A DNA stretch of 64,000 bases, from NCBI GenBank assembly GCA_951406725.2, contig OX597815.1:165912001-165976000 (forward strand). Reading direction: 5' to 3'. This document shows positions 1 through 12,444 of this stretch, one piece after another. Numbering within the stretch: position 1 is the first letter of the stretch; each line of letters begins with the position of its first letter. The position numbers and the translations under genes were made by a program. This DNA is from Octopus vulgaris (taxonomy: Eukaryota). The notes under the pieces were generated by a model. The model had not been told where the DNA came from, ran no database searches, and saw only the letters and a list, made by a program, of their open reading frames with translations.

Positions 1-341
1 ATCAGAGATAAACCAGCACCTTTATTAAGTGTAGTCGATGTATTGTTTGGGTGTGTGTATATGTGTGAATCTGCATTTCTAAGCTACATCTATCAAGCAG
101 AGAGGCTGAGACAAGACTATTACTACACCCTTTGTATTGTGGCCCTAGGCAAGGTACATTACTCTGCTTGCTTAAATCTGTTTAACTGGAAAATAGGTGC
201 CACTCCCACTTCACAGTTGAATGGTTAACATCCATTTCACAGTTGAATAGCTAACTATGGACACATGGATTTCAACAACTTTTATGCAAATGTCCAAATT
301 GACAACAACAACAACAGAATGCTATTCTTAACATGTAAAAA

Positions 342-560
342 TCATCATCATCATCATCATCATACATCCATCCATTTTCCATGCTGACTTGGGTTGGATG
401 GTTTGATAGGAGCTGGCCATGCACTTCACCAAGTTTCATTGTCTGTTTTGGCATGGTTCCCACAGCTGGATGCCCTTCCTAATGCTGGCCACTTTACAGA
501 GTGTATTGGGTGCGTTTTTACGTGGCACCAACACCAGTGCTTTTTATATGGCATCAGCAC
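342..560 (-). mobile_element. 3' UTR fragment of RTE-clade LINE with (GAT)n tail
   Basis: (CAT)n then TTTTCCATGCT..GGGTTGGATGG..GCTGGATGCCCTTCCTAATG; same 3' end as the ORF-bearing copy at 2749-3440. Confidence 0.7.
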
Positions 561-1154
561 CAACAAGGTCTCCAAGTAAGTACCTTGCAAGACAAAAACT
601 CCTTCACTGGGAGGTGGAGTAGTATCAAGGAGGTAGGGCTTTGTGCTAGTCAAGAGATTAAAGGTACAGAGGGAAAGATGTATGTGTTTTGCTGTTGAGT
701 AGATACATGGTGAGAATCAGTGATGTGATACAGAGGTTTGGACTGGGTGAGTGAGTAGGGTTGAGGTGACGATAGCAAATCTTTTTAATGACTCCTTAAC
801 TGTTCACTTCTTGTGCATTATTCTATGTACTGTTCATGTACTTTTTCCTACTTTTTCTGATGAGTCGTAGTGCACCTGAGCACTGTGTACTTTAAGTTCT
901 TTATTATTACTGAGTATAACTATAAGATTTAATTTTTCACTTAAGGGTTAAACAATCTGATAAGTGCAAAGGTGGTTATAATTTGTTACGGCTGGGCTTG
1001 AGAGTGATGCAGAGATTACAGATGTTAGGAGTTAATATGTATCAGTAAGAGATATAAGTGAATGATCTTACTAACAACATATTTTACTGTTTGACAAGAT
1101 TCATATAATATAATATAATTGTTACAGTTTGCAATAATTCAGTGAGAAGAATAT

Positions 1155-1343
1155 ATTTTACAAATGCACGTTCCCACGGCTTTATTGATCGCATTCTCAC
1201 CTAGAATCGATTTTTGCAATTTTTTTAATTCTTATACGCGCCCTGATAGCGTCGGTATCTACATATCAAATTTGAGCACATTCTGATGGAGGATGCCTGA
1301 GATCCTAGAAGACACACAGACAGACAGACAGAATGGATTTTAT
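1155..1343 (-). mobile_element. non-autonomous Helitron 5' fragment
   Basis: Closely matches 61560-61747 (GCATTCTCACC..GATCCTAGAAGACACACAGAC..GGATTTTAT); followed by an RTE tail fragment at 1343-1446. Confidence 0.55.
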
Positions 1344-2539
1344 CATCATCATCATCATTTAGCGTCCGTTTTCCATGCTAGCATGGGTTGGACGGTTCAA
1401 CTGGGGTCTGGGGAGCCCGAAGGCTGCACCAGGCCAGTCAGATCTGTATGTGTGTGTGTATGTATGTTAGTGGCCCATGAGACTTTGAGTTAGGTGGAGC
1501 TGGATCAAGCTGTCCTATATAGTATATAATAAATATGTATATGAGGTTGCATGGTCTAGTGGTTAGAGTGTTGCACTCACAATCTAGCAATTGTGATTTC
1601 AATTTCTGTTGGTTTGTTTACACCCCTGTAACTTAATGGTTCAGCCAAACAGGAGCAACAGAATAAGCACTGGACCTAAATAAAATCAGTATTGGGGTCA
1701 ATTTGTTCAACTAAACCCTGCAAGGTGGTGTCCCAGCATGGCTGCAGTTCAATGACTAAAGCATCTAACTGATAAATGATAGTGAAAAATTTCAAATACA
1801 TTTTCACCTCTTGCTTTCAGAACACCTGAATTGCTGTATAATTCTGTGATTATGAATGAAACACAACAATGTCAGTAACTTTGCTAACCCACTTAACATC
1901 TGTTGACTCATCTGGTTGCAGAGAATACATCTTGTTATCATTTGCAAACATATTTTCCTGCAATATTTTAACATCTTTCAACATCTTGAGTCTGTCTTCT
2001 AATCATGTCTGCTGAAGGAATGATTTTTTTTACTTTAACTCAAATGCGAGACTCAAACTTTGTTCTGACGTCTACATAACCAGAATCTTTTACAGTGAGT
2101 CCTGAAATAGTCTAGGTTTCTTTGTTTATGGCTGTTGAACAACTAAATAACTTGTCTTTTGGTTTTTCTTTCATGTTTTCTATTCCTTGGAGAATACTAC
2201 AGATTTAATGTTAGATTTGAAAATCTCCTTGAAGTATTCTAATCACTTTCCTGACAAATCTTTTATTGTTTGCTTGTTTTAGTCAAATTCCAAATACATC
2301 TTCACGTCTTGCTTTCAGAAGAACTTTCAGACAGCACCTGAATTGCTGTATAATTCTGTGATTATGAATGAATCACAGTGAAGCCAGTAGTTATGCTAAT
2401 GAATTTAACATCTGTTGACTCATCCAGTTGCAGTGAACACATCTTGTTATCATTTGCAAACACATCTTCCTTCTTTTGACATACCTTGAGTTTATCTTCT
2501 AATCATGTTGTCTGCTGAAATAATGATTTTTCAATTTAA

Positions 2540-3453
2540 CTCTTTAGCATTTAAACCAGCCATATCCAGCCTAATTATTCCCCCTGTTTTATTATCAAAC
2601 TGACCAGATCTTGCCTCTTACACCAAGCCTACAATATCATTCTGAAAATTAAGTTATCGCTTCAAAATCTCAAAGCTACTACATAATGCATGATTAATCA
2701 AAACAATGAAAATAAATAAGCATTACTTCTGACAGAATAATAATAATAATCATCATCATCATCATCATTATCATCATCATTTAATGTCTGTTGTCCATGT
2801 TGGCATGGGTTGGACAGTTTGACCAGAGCTGGAAAGCTGTATGGCGGCACCAGACTTGTCTGATTTGGCATGGTTTCTATGGCTGGATGCCCTTCCTAAT
2901 GCCAACCAGTCTGAGAGTGTAATGGGTGTTTTTGTGTGCCACCAGCACTGGTGCCATTTGCGTGACACCAATATCTGCCACAATTGCGATTTTACTTGGC
3001 TTGATGGGTCGTCTTTTCAAGCATGTCACAATGCCAAAGATTTCTGTCATTCATCATTGTCTCTGTGAGGCCCAGCACTCGAAAGGTGCTTTTCACATGC
3101 CACAGGCATTGGCCACCTTACTTCCATGAGGTTCAATGCTCAAAAGGTGCTTTTTATTTTCCACTGGCACAGGTGCCAGTTGTGTGACATCAGTAGCGGC
3201 CACAACTATGATTTCACTTGGCTTGACATGTCTTGTCAAGCACAGCATATCGCCAAAGGCCTTGGTCACTAGTCATTGCCTCCGTGAGGCTCAAAGTTCA
3301 AAGATCATGCTTCACACGTCCCTTCCTGGGTCCCATGTCTTCCTGGGTCTACCTCTACCACAGGTTCTCTTCACAGTTAGAGATCAGCACTTCATCACAC
3401 AGCTGTCCTCATCCATACGCATCATATGACCATACCAGCGAATACTAAAAGGG
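2540..3453. mobile_element. piggyBac-like MITE (family F), TTAA target, interrupted by RTE
   Basis: TTAA|CTCTTTAGCATT ... AATACTAAAAGGG|TTTA; single TTAA empty site in the paralogous unit near 2035. Confidence 0.7.
2749..3440 (-). mobile_element. 5'-truncated RTE-clade LINE (ORF C-terminus, 3' UTR, (GAT)n tail)
   Basis: Minus strand reads RWYGHMMRMDEDSCVMKC*SLTVKRTCGRGRPRKTW, a typical RTE C-terminus; tail appears as (CAT)n at 2749-2780. Confidence 0.85.
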
Positions 3454-3687
3454 TTTACTCAAATCCAAGTCTCAAACATTGTTTTAACTACTACACAACA
3501 AGAATCTTTTACAGTGAGTCATGAAATAGTCTAGGTTTCTTTGTTTATGGCTGTTGAATAACTAAATAACTTGTCTCTTGGTTTTTATTTCATGTTTTCT
3601 ATTTCTTGGAGAATACTACAGATTTCATGTTAGGCTTGAAAATCTCCCTGAAGTATTCTAGTTGCTCTCCTGACAAATCTTTTATTG

Positions 3688-3906
3688 TTTACTTGTTTTA
3701 GTCATAGGATTGTGGCCATACTGGGACACTGTTTTGAAAGGTTTAGTCAAACAAACAACCCCAGTACTTACTTTTAAAAAAAAATCTGGTACTTATTTTA
3801 TTGGTCTCTGTTGACACACTGCTAAGTTACAGGGATGTAAATAAACTAACATCAGTTGTCAAGCAGTGAGAAAGAAAAACAATCACTCATATAATCTCCC
3901 ACTCTC

Positions 3907-3953
<47 letters not shown>

Positions 3954-4823
3954 ATGTGTGTGTGTGTGTTTATATATTCTTTTATGCTTTTACTTGTTTC
4001 AGTCATTTGACTGCAGCCATGCTGGGGCACCGCCTTAAAGAATTTTTTAGTTGAAGAAATCAATGCCAGGACTTATTTTTTGTAAGCCTGGTTCTTATTC
4101 TATCAGTTTCTTTTGCCGAACCACTAAGTTACAGGGACATAAACACATCAGTATTGGTTGTCAAGTGAAGGCGGAGGGGGGTGATAAACACACACACACG
4201 CATATATATATACATACATAACAGGCTTCTTTCAGTTTCCATCTACCAAATCTACTGAGTTTGTGTTAAGAAGTTTGCTTTGCAACCACATGGTTCCATG
4301 TTCAGTCCCATTCTGTGGCACCTTGTGCAAGTGTCTTCTACAATAGCCTCAGGCTGACCAAAACCTTGTGTGTGGATTTGATAGATGGAAACTGAAAGAA
4401 GCCTGTTGTGTGTGTGTGTGTGTGTGTGTGTGTGCATGTGTGTCTGTGTTTGTCCCCCACTACCATTTAATAACTGGTGTTGGCATATTTACATCCCTGT
4501 AAGCTAGTGGTTCAGCAAAAGTAACTGATAGAATAAGTATCAGGCTTACAAAGAAAGTAAATACTGGGTTTGATTAGTTTAACTAAAATTCCTCAAAGTG
4601 GTGCCCCAGCATGGCCACAGTTTAATGACGGAAACAAATAAAAGATAAATTATAGATATGCACAATGGACTTCTACAGAGTTTCCATCAACTAATTTCGC
4701 TTTTAAGGAATTGGTTGGCATAGGACTATAGTAAAAAAACATTTGCCCAAGGTGCCATGCTGTGGGACTGAACTTGAAACCACGTGGTTGTAAAATGAGC
4801 TTCTTAACCACACATACATGCCT
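3688..4823. mobile_element. cluster of tRNA-derived SINE family A pieces in both orientations
   Basis: Minus pieces 3688-3870, 3990-4256 and 4664-4823 surround a plus copy at 4258-4650. Confidence 0.75.
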
Positions 4824-5456
4824 AGTTATGCTTGAAATTAAAATGGCAGTTTAATTTATTCAGCCCCAGATTTTCACTTGCAAGAACATCATCATGGATA
4901 AAATACTGCAGAGAAGAATTTCTTTTGCCATCAAAAAATGTTCAACCTAATTTCATATAATCTTTAATGTATAAACAAGGCTAAGATTTTCCTGTACATT
5001 TTTTACCCATTAATGCAGAACCTTCAACACTGGATTCTTGAGTAATTTCATATGTATGCATTACATTCTGTTGATTTTTCATAATTATCTGCAATAGCTT
5101 TTCTTTTTTTTTCTAATTAAAAACTTATATATTTTAACAGCATGAAATTAATGAAACTAATAAATGCATAATTACATATCATATCATATAACATCAGTCA
5201 TTTACGCAATTATCTTTGATCACATAAAGGGAAAATAATCATCTTGTTGACCAGCTCAGTACAGCACAAGCCAACTAGCCTTATTTGTCCATTGGGGTAC
5301 CGAGGACCATCTAGTCATCATTAAGAATAGCTGATGTCTTGTATGATGACCTTATTTAAAGTGAAGAAAATTTGCACATCATCATCCTTACTCTCTTCTC
5401 TGTGACCATCATCAAGATGAGGTGAAGACTACTGGATGCAGTGGATATCCAAAATA

Positions 5457-5779
5457 CAGGAATTACCCGACTTGCACGAGTTCAACTTGCGCGAAATTCG
5501 ACTTGCGCAAGCCAACTTTTGATACCGAGTGTTCAGGTTGCGCGAGTTGTATTCTCGACTTGCGCTTGTTGTATTTGTACAAAGCAGTCACCAATAAAAG
5601 TTTTTGGGTTTCAAATAGAAAGAAAGTTCATTCAATACTTTCTCCAAGTGTTTCTTTAATATAACAATATTTAGCAGTTATCCTGGAAAATATTTATAGA
5701 AAGCAATATCTGGTACTCGACTTGCGTGAATTTCGAATTGCACGTCCCCCAATTACTCGCGCCAGTCGAGGAATCCCTG
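5457..5779. mobile_element. Tc1/mariner-superfamily (pogo/Tigger-like) MITE
   Basis: TA target duplication; ~25-bp imperfect TIR CAGGAATTACCCGACTTGCACGAGT / CAGGGATTCCTCGACTGGCGCGAGT; internal TCGACTTGCG repeats. Confidence 0.8.
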
Positions 5780-5918
5780 TATATTACTTGCTTCATACTG
5801 GCACTTCACAATGCATTGATGCAGCCACCTGCCCGTCTGTTGAACCATGAAAGTTTCTCCTGCAGAGGGTGGTGGATCCAGTTTTCACATGCATAGGTAG
5901 GCAAACCCAATTCCCTCT

Positions 5919-6510
5919 ATACTACAAACCAACAGATGAAATATTTTATTCCCAGTATACCACAAACTGACAAACATATGCTTTTATTCCTGTGGCTGTG
6001 TGGTAAGTAGCTTGCTTACGAACCACATGGTTCCGGGTTCAGTCCCACTGCGTAGCACCTTGGGCAAGTGTCTTCTACTATAGCCTAGTGCCGACCAAAA
6101 GCTTGTGAGTGGATTTGGTAGACCGAAACTGAAAGAAGCCCGTCGTATATATGTATATGTGTGTGTGTGTGTATGTTTGTGTGTCTGTGTGTATGTTTGT
6201 GTGTCTGTGTTTGTCCCCCCAATATCGCTTGACAACTGATGCTGGTGTGTTTACATCCCCATAACTTAGCAGTTTGGCAAAAGACATTGATAGAATAAGT
6301 ACTAGGCTTACAAAGAATAAGTCCTGGGGTCAGTTTGCTCCACTAAAAGCGGTGCTCCAGCATGGCCACAGTCAAATGTCTGAAACAAGTGAAAGAGTAA
6401 AAGAATACCACAAGTTGATAGACATGCGTCTTATTCCCAGTATGCCACAAACCAACAGACATATTTTATTCCCAATTTACTACAAGCCAACATGTGCATG
6501 CTTTTATTCT
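5919..6510. repeat. degenerate ~35-bp minisatellite interrupted by SINE A
   Basis: Units approximating TATACCACAAACCAACAGACATATTTTATTCCCAG on both sides of 5991-6406. Confidence 0.65.
5991..6406 (+). mobile_element. SINE family A (tRNA head, CORE-like ACCTTGGGCAAGT, internal microsatellite, GTAAAAGA tail)
   Basis: A-box-like TGGCTGTGTGGT, B-box-like GGTTCAGTCCC; about 20 related copies in the window. Confidence 0.85.
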
Positions 6511-6517
6511 GTTCCTT

Positions 6518-6891
6518 AGAAGCTTGAGAGGCAGTTGGATGGGACCTACACTCACCTCCTTATGAGAGCTCAAAATCTCTCGTGGAAGTGCCATCCAACC
6601 AAAATGCAAATATATGGGAAACTACCACCCGTGTCATCTCTTGTGAAAGGTAGGAGAGTCCAGTTTGCTGGACATTGTTGTAGAGCTGAAAAGGAAGTAA
6701 TTTCTACTCTTCTCCTCTGGAAGCCATCTACTCGCAATACCAGAGGGCGCACACTCTCCTACCCTGATGTAATCTCCAGGGATACAGGCATCCAGCAACA
6801 GGACCTCCGTAAGGCCATGATGGACCGTGAAGTCTGGCGTAGCATGGTAAATTCCATTGTCTCGACCACGGTCGAACAATGATGATGATGA
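6518..6891 (+). mobile_element. 5'-truncated RTE-type LINE (second family) with open ORF C-terminus
   Basis: LDGTYTHLLMRAQNLSW..GRRVQFAGHCCR..AMMDREVWR; (GAT)n tail; 10-bp TSD TCTGTTCCTT at 6508-6517 and 6892-6901. Confidence 0.85.
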
Positions 6892-6939
6892 TCTGTTCCT
6901 TCTTCTGCTACTAGAATGACTTCTAGTCTTCTAAACTAA

Positions 6940-7407
6940 TAAGCTGCACACCACCTTTGCCCAAACCTACTCAGTAAATCTGCTCCTCTCTGTTTTTTCC
7001 CAGCTGTGCCAACTCACTCATCTCTTCTACCTCCAGAAGTGCAATGCCCTGTCATTTATTCCCTGCCCATATTTTCCCCACTAAGGTCAATCATCCCTCA
7101 TATCAAGCCCAACACTCTGAGAAGATCTTTAAAAGTCATGAATTTCACTGATAATTTGGAAGCATTTTTTGCTGAGTGTAAATATGTCTGTTTTACATTC
7201 TTGAGTTTAAAGAAAACCATTGACAGGAGTGGCTGTGTGGTAAGTAACTTGCTTACGAACCACATGGTTCCGGGTTCAGTCCCACTGCGTGGCACCTTGG
7301 ATAAGTGTTCTCTACTATAGCCTCGGGCCGACCAAAGCCTTGTGAGTGGATTTGGTACACGGAAACTGAAAGAAGCCCGTCATGTGTCTATATATATATA
7401 TATATAT

Positions 7408-7440
<33 letters not shown>

Positions 7441-7593
7441 GTTTAACGTCCTTTTTCGCGCTTGCATGGGTTGGACGGTTCGACCGGGGTCTGGGAAGCC
7501 AGGGCTGCACCAGGGCTTCTACAGCTGGATGCCCTTCCTAACGCCAACCACTCCGCGAGTGTAGTGGGTGCTTTTTACGTGCCACCTGCACAG

Positions 7594-7626
<33 letters not shown>

Positions 7627-8240
7627 CGTGTTTGTGTGTTTGTCCCCCATACATCGCTTGACAACTGATGCTGGTTTGTTTACATCCCCGTTACTTAGCG
7701 GTTCAGCAAAAAGAGACCGATAAAATAAGTACTAGGCTTACAAAGAGTAAGTCCTGGGGGTCGATTTGATCGACTAAAGGCGGTGCTCCAGCATGGCCAC
7801 AGTCACATGACTGAAACAAGTAAAGAGTAAGAGTGACAAGCTCCCATGCTCTGATGTGATTCAATTTGGAAGGGCATGAAAAAGTAATTAAGACTAGATT
7901 AGAGACAGTGCTAAAAACAAGGCCATGGCCAGCATTGAACTCAGTAACTACCAGCGAATATATACTGGAACTCTATCCTCAACCCACATCTTTTCATTTT
8001 AATTCTTGAAATAGCCACTCATGTGACTATTTCAAAAGATTCAGGACAACACAGGGCACCTCTATGTATTATAGTGTGTTGGAAACTTAGAGGTCATCCA
8101 GCACCAATTTGACATCTTTCTTAACCCTGTTGGGTTCCTTCCATGCCTGTCAGTACAGTTACCTTTCAGAACAGTTATTACCAATTCAAGTGACACCACA
8201 TATCCCCCAGAATAATTTGTAATTCTAAACTGACCAATAA
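6940..8240 (-). pseudogene. decayed kringle - (Sushi?) - C-type lectin coding remnant, interrupted by SINE A
   Basis: Manual translation: NYSG..HGRNPTGLRKMSNWCWMT..T*RCPVLS* (kringle-like, 8041-8220); QECKTDIFTLSKKCFQII..IY*VGL (CTL-like, 6960-7203). Confidence 0.45.
7223..7833 (+). mobile_element. SINE A with nested RTE 3' fragment (7408-7592, minus) in its internal (TA)n
   Basis: Both SINE halves flank (CAT)n plus an RTE tail. Confidence 0.85.
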
Positions 8241-8599
8241 ATTGGAAGGGTGTTCAAAGGTATAAAATTTACCACACAAAGGTATGTGTGTGTGTTTGTG
8301 TTTCATAATTAAGTGTGTGTTTCCATTTCCGTTTCACCCCTGTTGTTCGGTCTCTCTCTCCCTTTCAGCTACCCTTCTTCCTCTCATTTCCTTACATCCT
8401 TTCTTCTCTCTTTTCACTTTTCTTTCTTCCTCCCCCCCCTCCGTCTCTTTCTTTCATTCTCCGTTTCTCTGTTACCACCTCTTTCTGTTTCCTTCTTTTT
8501 CTTCATATTTCTTTCCTCCTTTTCTCTCCCCTCTCTCTCTCTCTCTCTTCCCTCTATGACCCTGTCTGTCTGTCTGTCTGTCGGTTTATCTGCCTGTCA

Positions 8600-8633
<34 letters not shown>

Positions 8634-8911
8634 TCCATGCTCAGAATATGTCAGAGCTTAAATATTTTTCTCAAGCATGCTTACATATATGGCTTAAAAA
8701 AATTTTGTATATTCTGTGTATGTTTGTGTATGTGTGTGTGTGTATAGTGTGTGTATATAGTGTGGTGTGATGTGTTTGTATGTGTTTGCATTTGTGTGTT
8801 AGTTATGCAACAACATGACTTTTTCCCCTCCGAATACAATCCTGTATGTGTGACTTAACACGTGTATTTACTGACATACTTCACTGTTTGAATATTTCTG
8901 TGTATAAGTGT

Positions 8912-8960
<49 letters not shown>

Positions 8961-9096
8961 AAAGAAATATGTTCTTAGATATGTATTTACAAAAACTTGT
9001 TACACACGCATACATGTATATATGTGTGTGCGTGTTAGTGTATATATTTTTATGTGTATTTGTGGAATTTCAGCAAAGGAGTATCTTAGTCAGTAA

Positions 9097-9131
<35 letters not shown>

Positions 9132-9280
9132 CATTATGTGAAATTATTTCTTGGTTGCCATATTTTGAAAAGAGGCTATTAAGAGAATCTAGAAGTATTG
9201 ACTTTTGGCTCACAGCTATGCTAGGTGTTTGTGTCTTCTGTCCCACAGTACAATAAAGGAAATATGATTCTTTTTTTTAA

Positions 9281-10104
9281 CCCTTTAGTATTTAAACTGA
9301 CCACAGGCGCAGGAGTGGCTGTGTGGTAAGTAGCTTGCTAACCAACCACATGGTTCCAGGTTCAGTCCCACTGCGTGGCACCTTGGGCAAGTGTCTTCTA
9401 CTATAGCCTCGGGCCGACCAAAGCCTTGTGAGTGGATTTGGTAGACAGAAACTGAAAGAAGCCTGTTGTATATATGTATATATATGTGTATGCGTGTGTG
9501 TGTTTGTGTGTGTGTGTTTGTCCCCCTAGCATTGCTTGACAACCGATGCTGGTGTGTTTACGTCCCCTTCACTTAGCGGTTCGGCAAAAGAGACCGATAG
9601 AATAAGTACTGGGCTTCCAAAGAATAAGTCCCGGGGTCAAGTTGCTCGACTAAAGGTGGTGCTCCAGCATGGCCGCAGTCAAATGACTGAAACAAGTAAA
9701 TGAGTAAAAGAGAGAGTATATCTGGCCCAAATATTCCATCTACTTTAATATCAAACTGCCCAGATGTGGCCTCTCACACCTAGCCTGTAATGTCATTCTA
9801 ATAAGAAACAGTCACATCTTTGAAATCTCAAAGCTGCAAGATAATACATAATTTTTTTTTTTAAATGTGACAGCATAAACTGAATGCTAAAGGGTTAAAC
9901 TGGCCATATCCAGCCAAAGCATCCCACCTGTTTTATGTTCAATCTGGCCAGATCTGGTCTCTTACACTAACCCTACAATATCGTTAAAAAAATTAATGGG
10001 CACCTCATCAAAATTTCAAAGCTACAAGATAAATGCAGGATTAATTCAAAACAATGTGAATGAATAAATGTTACTTTTGACAGAATAATGTGAATGCTAA
10101 ATAG
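9281..10104. mobile_element. MITE family F, one full copy plus an adjoining left-truncated copy
   Basis: TTAA|CCCTTTAGTATT...AATGCTAAAGGG|TTAA at 9898, then the same body again ending AATGCTAAATAG|TTAA. Confidence 0.7.
9305..9716 (+). mobile_element. SINE A, full length, nested in MITE F
   Basis: GGCGCAGGAGTGGCTGTGTGG start; full body and tail. Confidence 0.9.
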
Positions 10105-10334
10105 TTAAATCATAGATTCCTAATGTTTGTCACAAAGCCTTAAAGTTTTAGGGAAAATTTTATGGGAAGTTGGACCAATCCACAAAACACGACTGTTGTG
10201 GAATAAAAAGCAGAAACAAAGTCAATATGATTTGAGCTCAAAATACAGAACCGAACTTAAAACAGTAGAAACAATTCCCTTCACTGCCTGTCTCATTTCT
10301 GTCACTCCAATGCCATTATTGGTCATCTTGTATC

Positions 10335-10795
10335 TCTTACTTGTAGCAGTCTTTGGACTGTAGCATTGCTGGGGCATCATCTTGAAGAGTTTAGGCTAGC
10401 ATGTTGACCCCTCTCTCTCCCACCACTCCCAATACTTAGTTTTAAGACTGATACTTATTTTATCTGTCCCTTTTACTGAACTGCTAAGCTGCAGGGATGC
10501 AGGTACGTAATCAAATCTGCACAAGTTGTCAAGTGTTGATAGGGACAAACACAAAGACACACACACACATGCACACACACACTCACACACACACACACAC
10601 ACTCACACACAACATACACACGCATATATATACTTGATGGTCTCCTACAGTCACCATCTGCACAATTTCCACCACAGGGCATTGTTTGGTCTGGGGCTAT
10701 AGTAGAAGACACTTGCCAAGGTGCTGTGCATTGAGACTAAACCTAAAACCATGTGGTTAAGTTAGATTCTTAACCACACAGCCATACATTTGCTT
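10335..10795 (-). mobile_element. diverged SINE A
   Basis: Reverse-complement match to both halves. Confidence 0.7.
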
Positions 10796-11000
10796 ATTGT
10801 AAACAAATATTCTTTCCTTACACTTGATGCCTTATTTTACATAATAGAAACATTAAAGCACTTTTTTTTTTTTATAAATACACTTGTGACAAAAGTGAAG
10901 TAGGTCAAATTAGATATTGAAACTGGATCTCATTTGGTTCACAAAGAGCATACTGCTACACTATACTGTTTTTTGCGTATGAGTATGAAGTAAACTCGTG

Positions 11001-11340
11001 TGAAGGCGCATGGCTCAGTGGTTAGAGCATCGAGCTCACAATCGTGAGGTAGTGAGTTTGATTCCTGGACTGGGCTGTGTGTTATGTTCTTGAGCAAGAC
11101 ACTTTCATGTTGCTCCAGTTCACTTATCTGTAGAAATGAGTTGCAACATCACTGGTGCCAAGCTGTATTGGCCTTTGCCTTTCCCTTGGATAACATCAGT
11201 GACCTGGAATGGGGAGGCTGGTATGCATGGACGACTGCTGATCTTCCACAAACAACCTTGTGGAACCACAGACTTGTGCCTTGGAGGATAACTTTCTGGG
11301 TGCAATCCCATGGTCATTCATGACTGAAGGAAGTCTTTAT
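11001..11340 (+). mobile_element. tRNA-derived CORE-like SINE (family H)
   Basis: TGGCTCAGTGGTTAGAGC, GTTTGATTCC, TCTTGAGCAAGACACTT; related copies at 19515-19742(-), 22975-23200(-), 52765-53105(-). Confidence 0.75.
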
Positions 11341-11545
11341 GAAGTAAACTTGAGATGTAATGATGTATTATTATAATGTTCTAAATAATTAAAGAAAAAA
11401 ATTATCCACTTTAATCCTTGTATTAAGTTGGATAGAATATAGTCCTAATGGACCCAAACCACATGCACTACATTTCTTGTGAGGCAACTTTGCAAGAGAG
11501 GTTAATTTGCCAAGAGAAAACAATACTTTTTCAATTTTATTTTAA

Positions 11546-11766
11546 CCCTTTTATTACCAACCCAGCCGAAACTGGCTCTGACTCTGTAATATAAATGTCT
11601 TGTTTTCATAAGTTTTTAATTAAAACCTTCCACCAAACCTTAATCATAGTTACTGTTCCTAACACCAGCTTAATGATAACTAAGTTATTTTACAAAATCC
11701 TTTGTCATATCTAAAATAATTGAGAGAAACACAGAGCATCTCAAAATCAATACAGTAACAAAAGGA
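11546..11766 (+). mobile_element. piggyBac-like MITE (family G)
   Basis: TTAA TSD; TIR approximating CCCTTTCGTTAC. Confidence 0.85.
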
Positions 11767-12224
11767 TTAATTAAAAGATATTTTTAGGTCTTAGGTTTGG
11801 AAGTCAGAGCACCTGTAACCTTTCTGCAGAACCTCCCAGATTGTCGAGCTAAAAGAACAGAAATTTTGATACCTTGCACCTTAGACCTGGCTTAAATGCT
11901 TGCAACAATGTGGTCTCCATGAAGGCATCCAAAGACTTGGTGATGTTGTTAAATTGTTATAAATTCAGTCTACTGTTTAAGGTAGTGAATTATAATTATC
12001 AGTCTTTAGAGCATTGGACTGAATGTCATGCACTATTTATTCTGATTCTGAGTTCAAATTTACAGCTGAGTGGGCTTGATTAAAAAGTATTAATGCAGGG
12101 ATGTATCAAGGTTTATAGTAACCGGAGTGGTATGCTGGTAGAAAGCAGTTGATGCTAATAATGGAGCTGTAAATAGCACTTGTGAAATCTCATAGTAGAT
12201 ATGTTGGAGTAGAATACAGTTTAA

Positions 12225-12444
12225 CTCTTTCGTTACTGTATTTATTTTGAGATGCTCTGTGTTTCTTTCAATTATTTTAAATATAACAAAGAATTTAGTA
12301 AAATAACTTAGTTATCATTCAGTTAGTGTTAGGAACGTAAATTTTGACTAAGGATTGGTGGAAGATTTTAATTAAAAACTTATGAAAACAAGACATTTTA
12401 CCACAGAGCAAGAGCCGGTTTTGGCTGGATTAGTAACAAAAAGG
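12225..12444 (-). mobile_element. piggyBac-like MITE G, inverted relative to the 11546 copy
   Basis: TTAA TSD; reverse complement of family G body. Confidence 0.85.

Larger units (their letters stand above)
1788..3704. repeat. ~497-bp tandem duplication; second unit interrupted by a MITE and an RTE
   Basis: 1788-2284 matches 2285-2539 plus 3458-3704. Confidence 0.85.

Noticed and set aside
857-905. CTGATGA as a hammerhead core
   Set aside because: No downstream GAAA or helices; looks like a LINE 3' end with an (ATT)n tail
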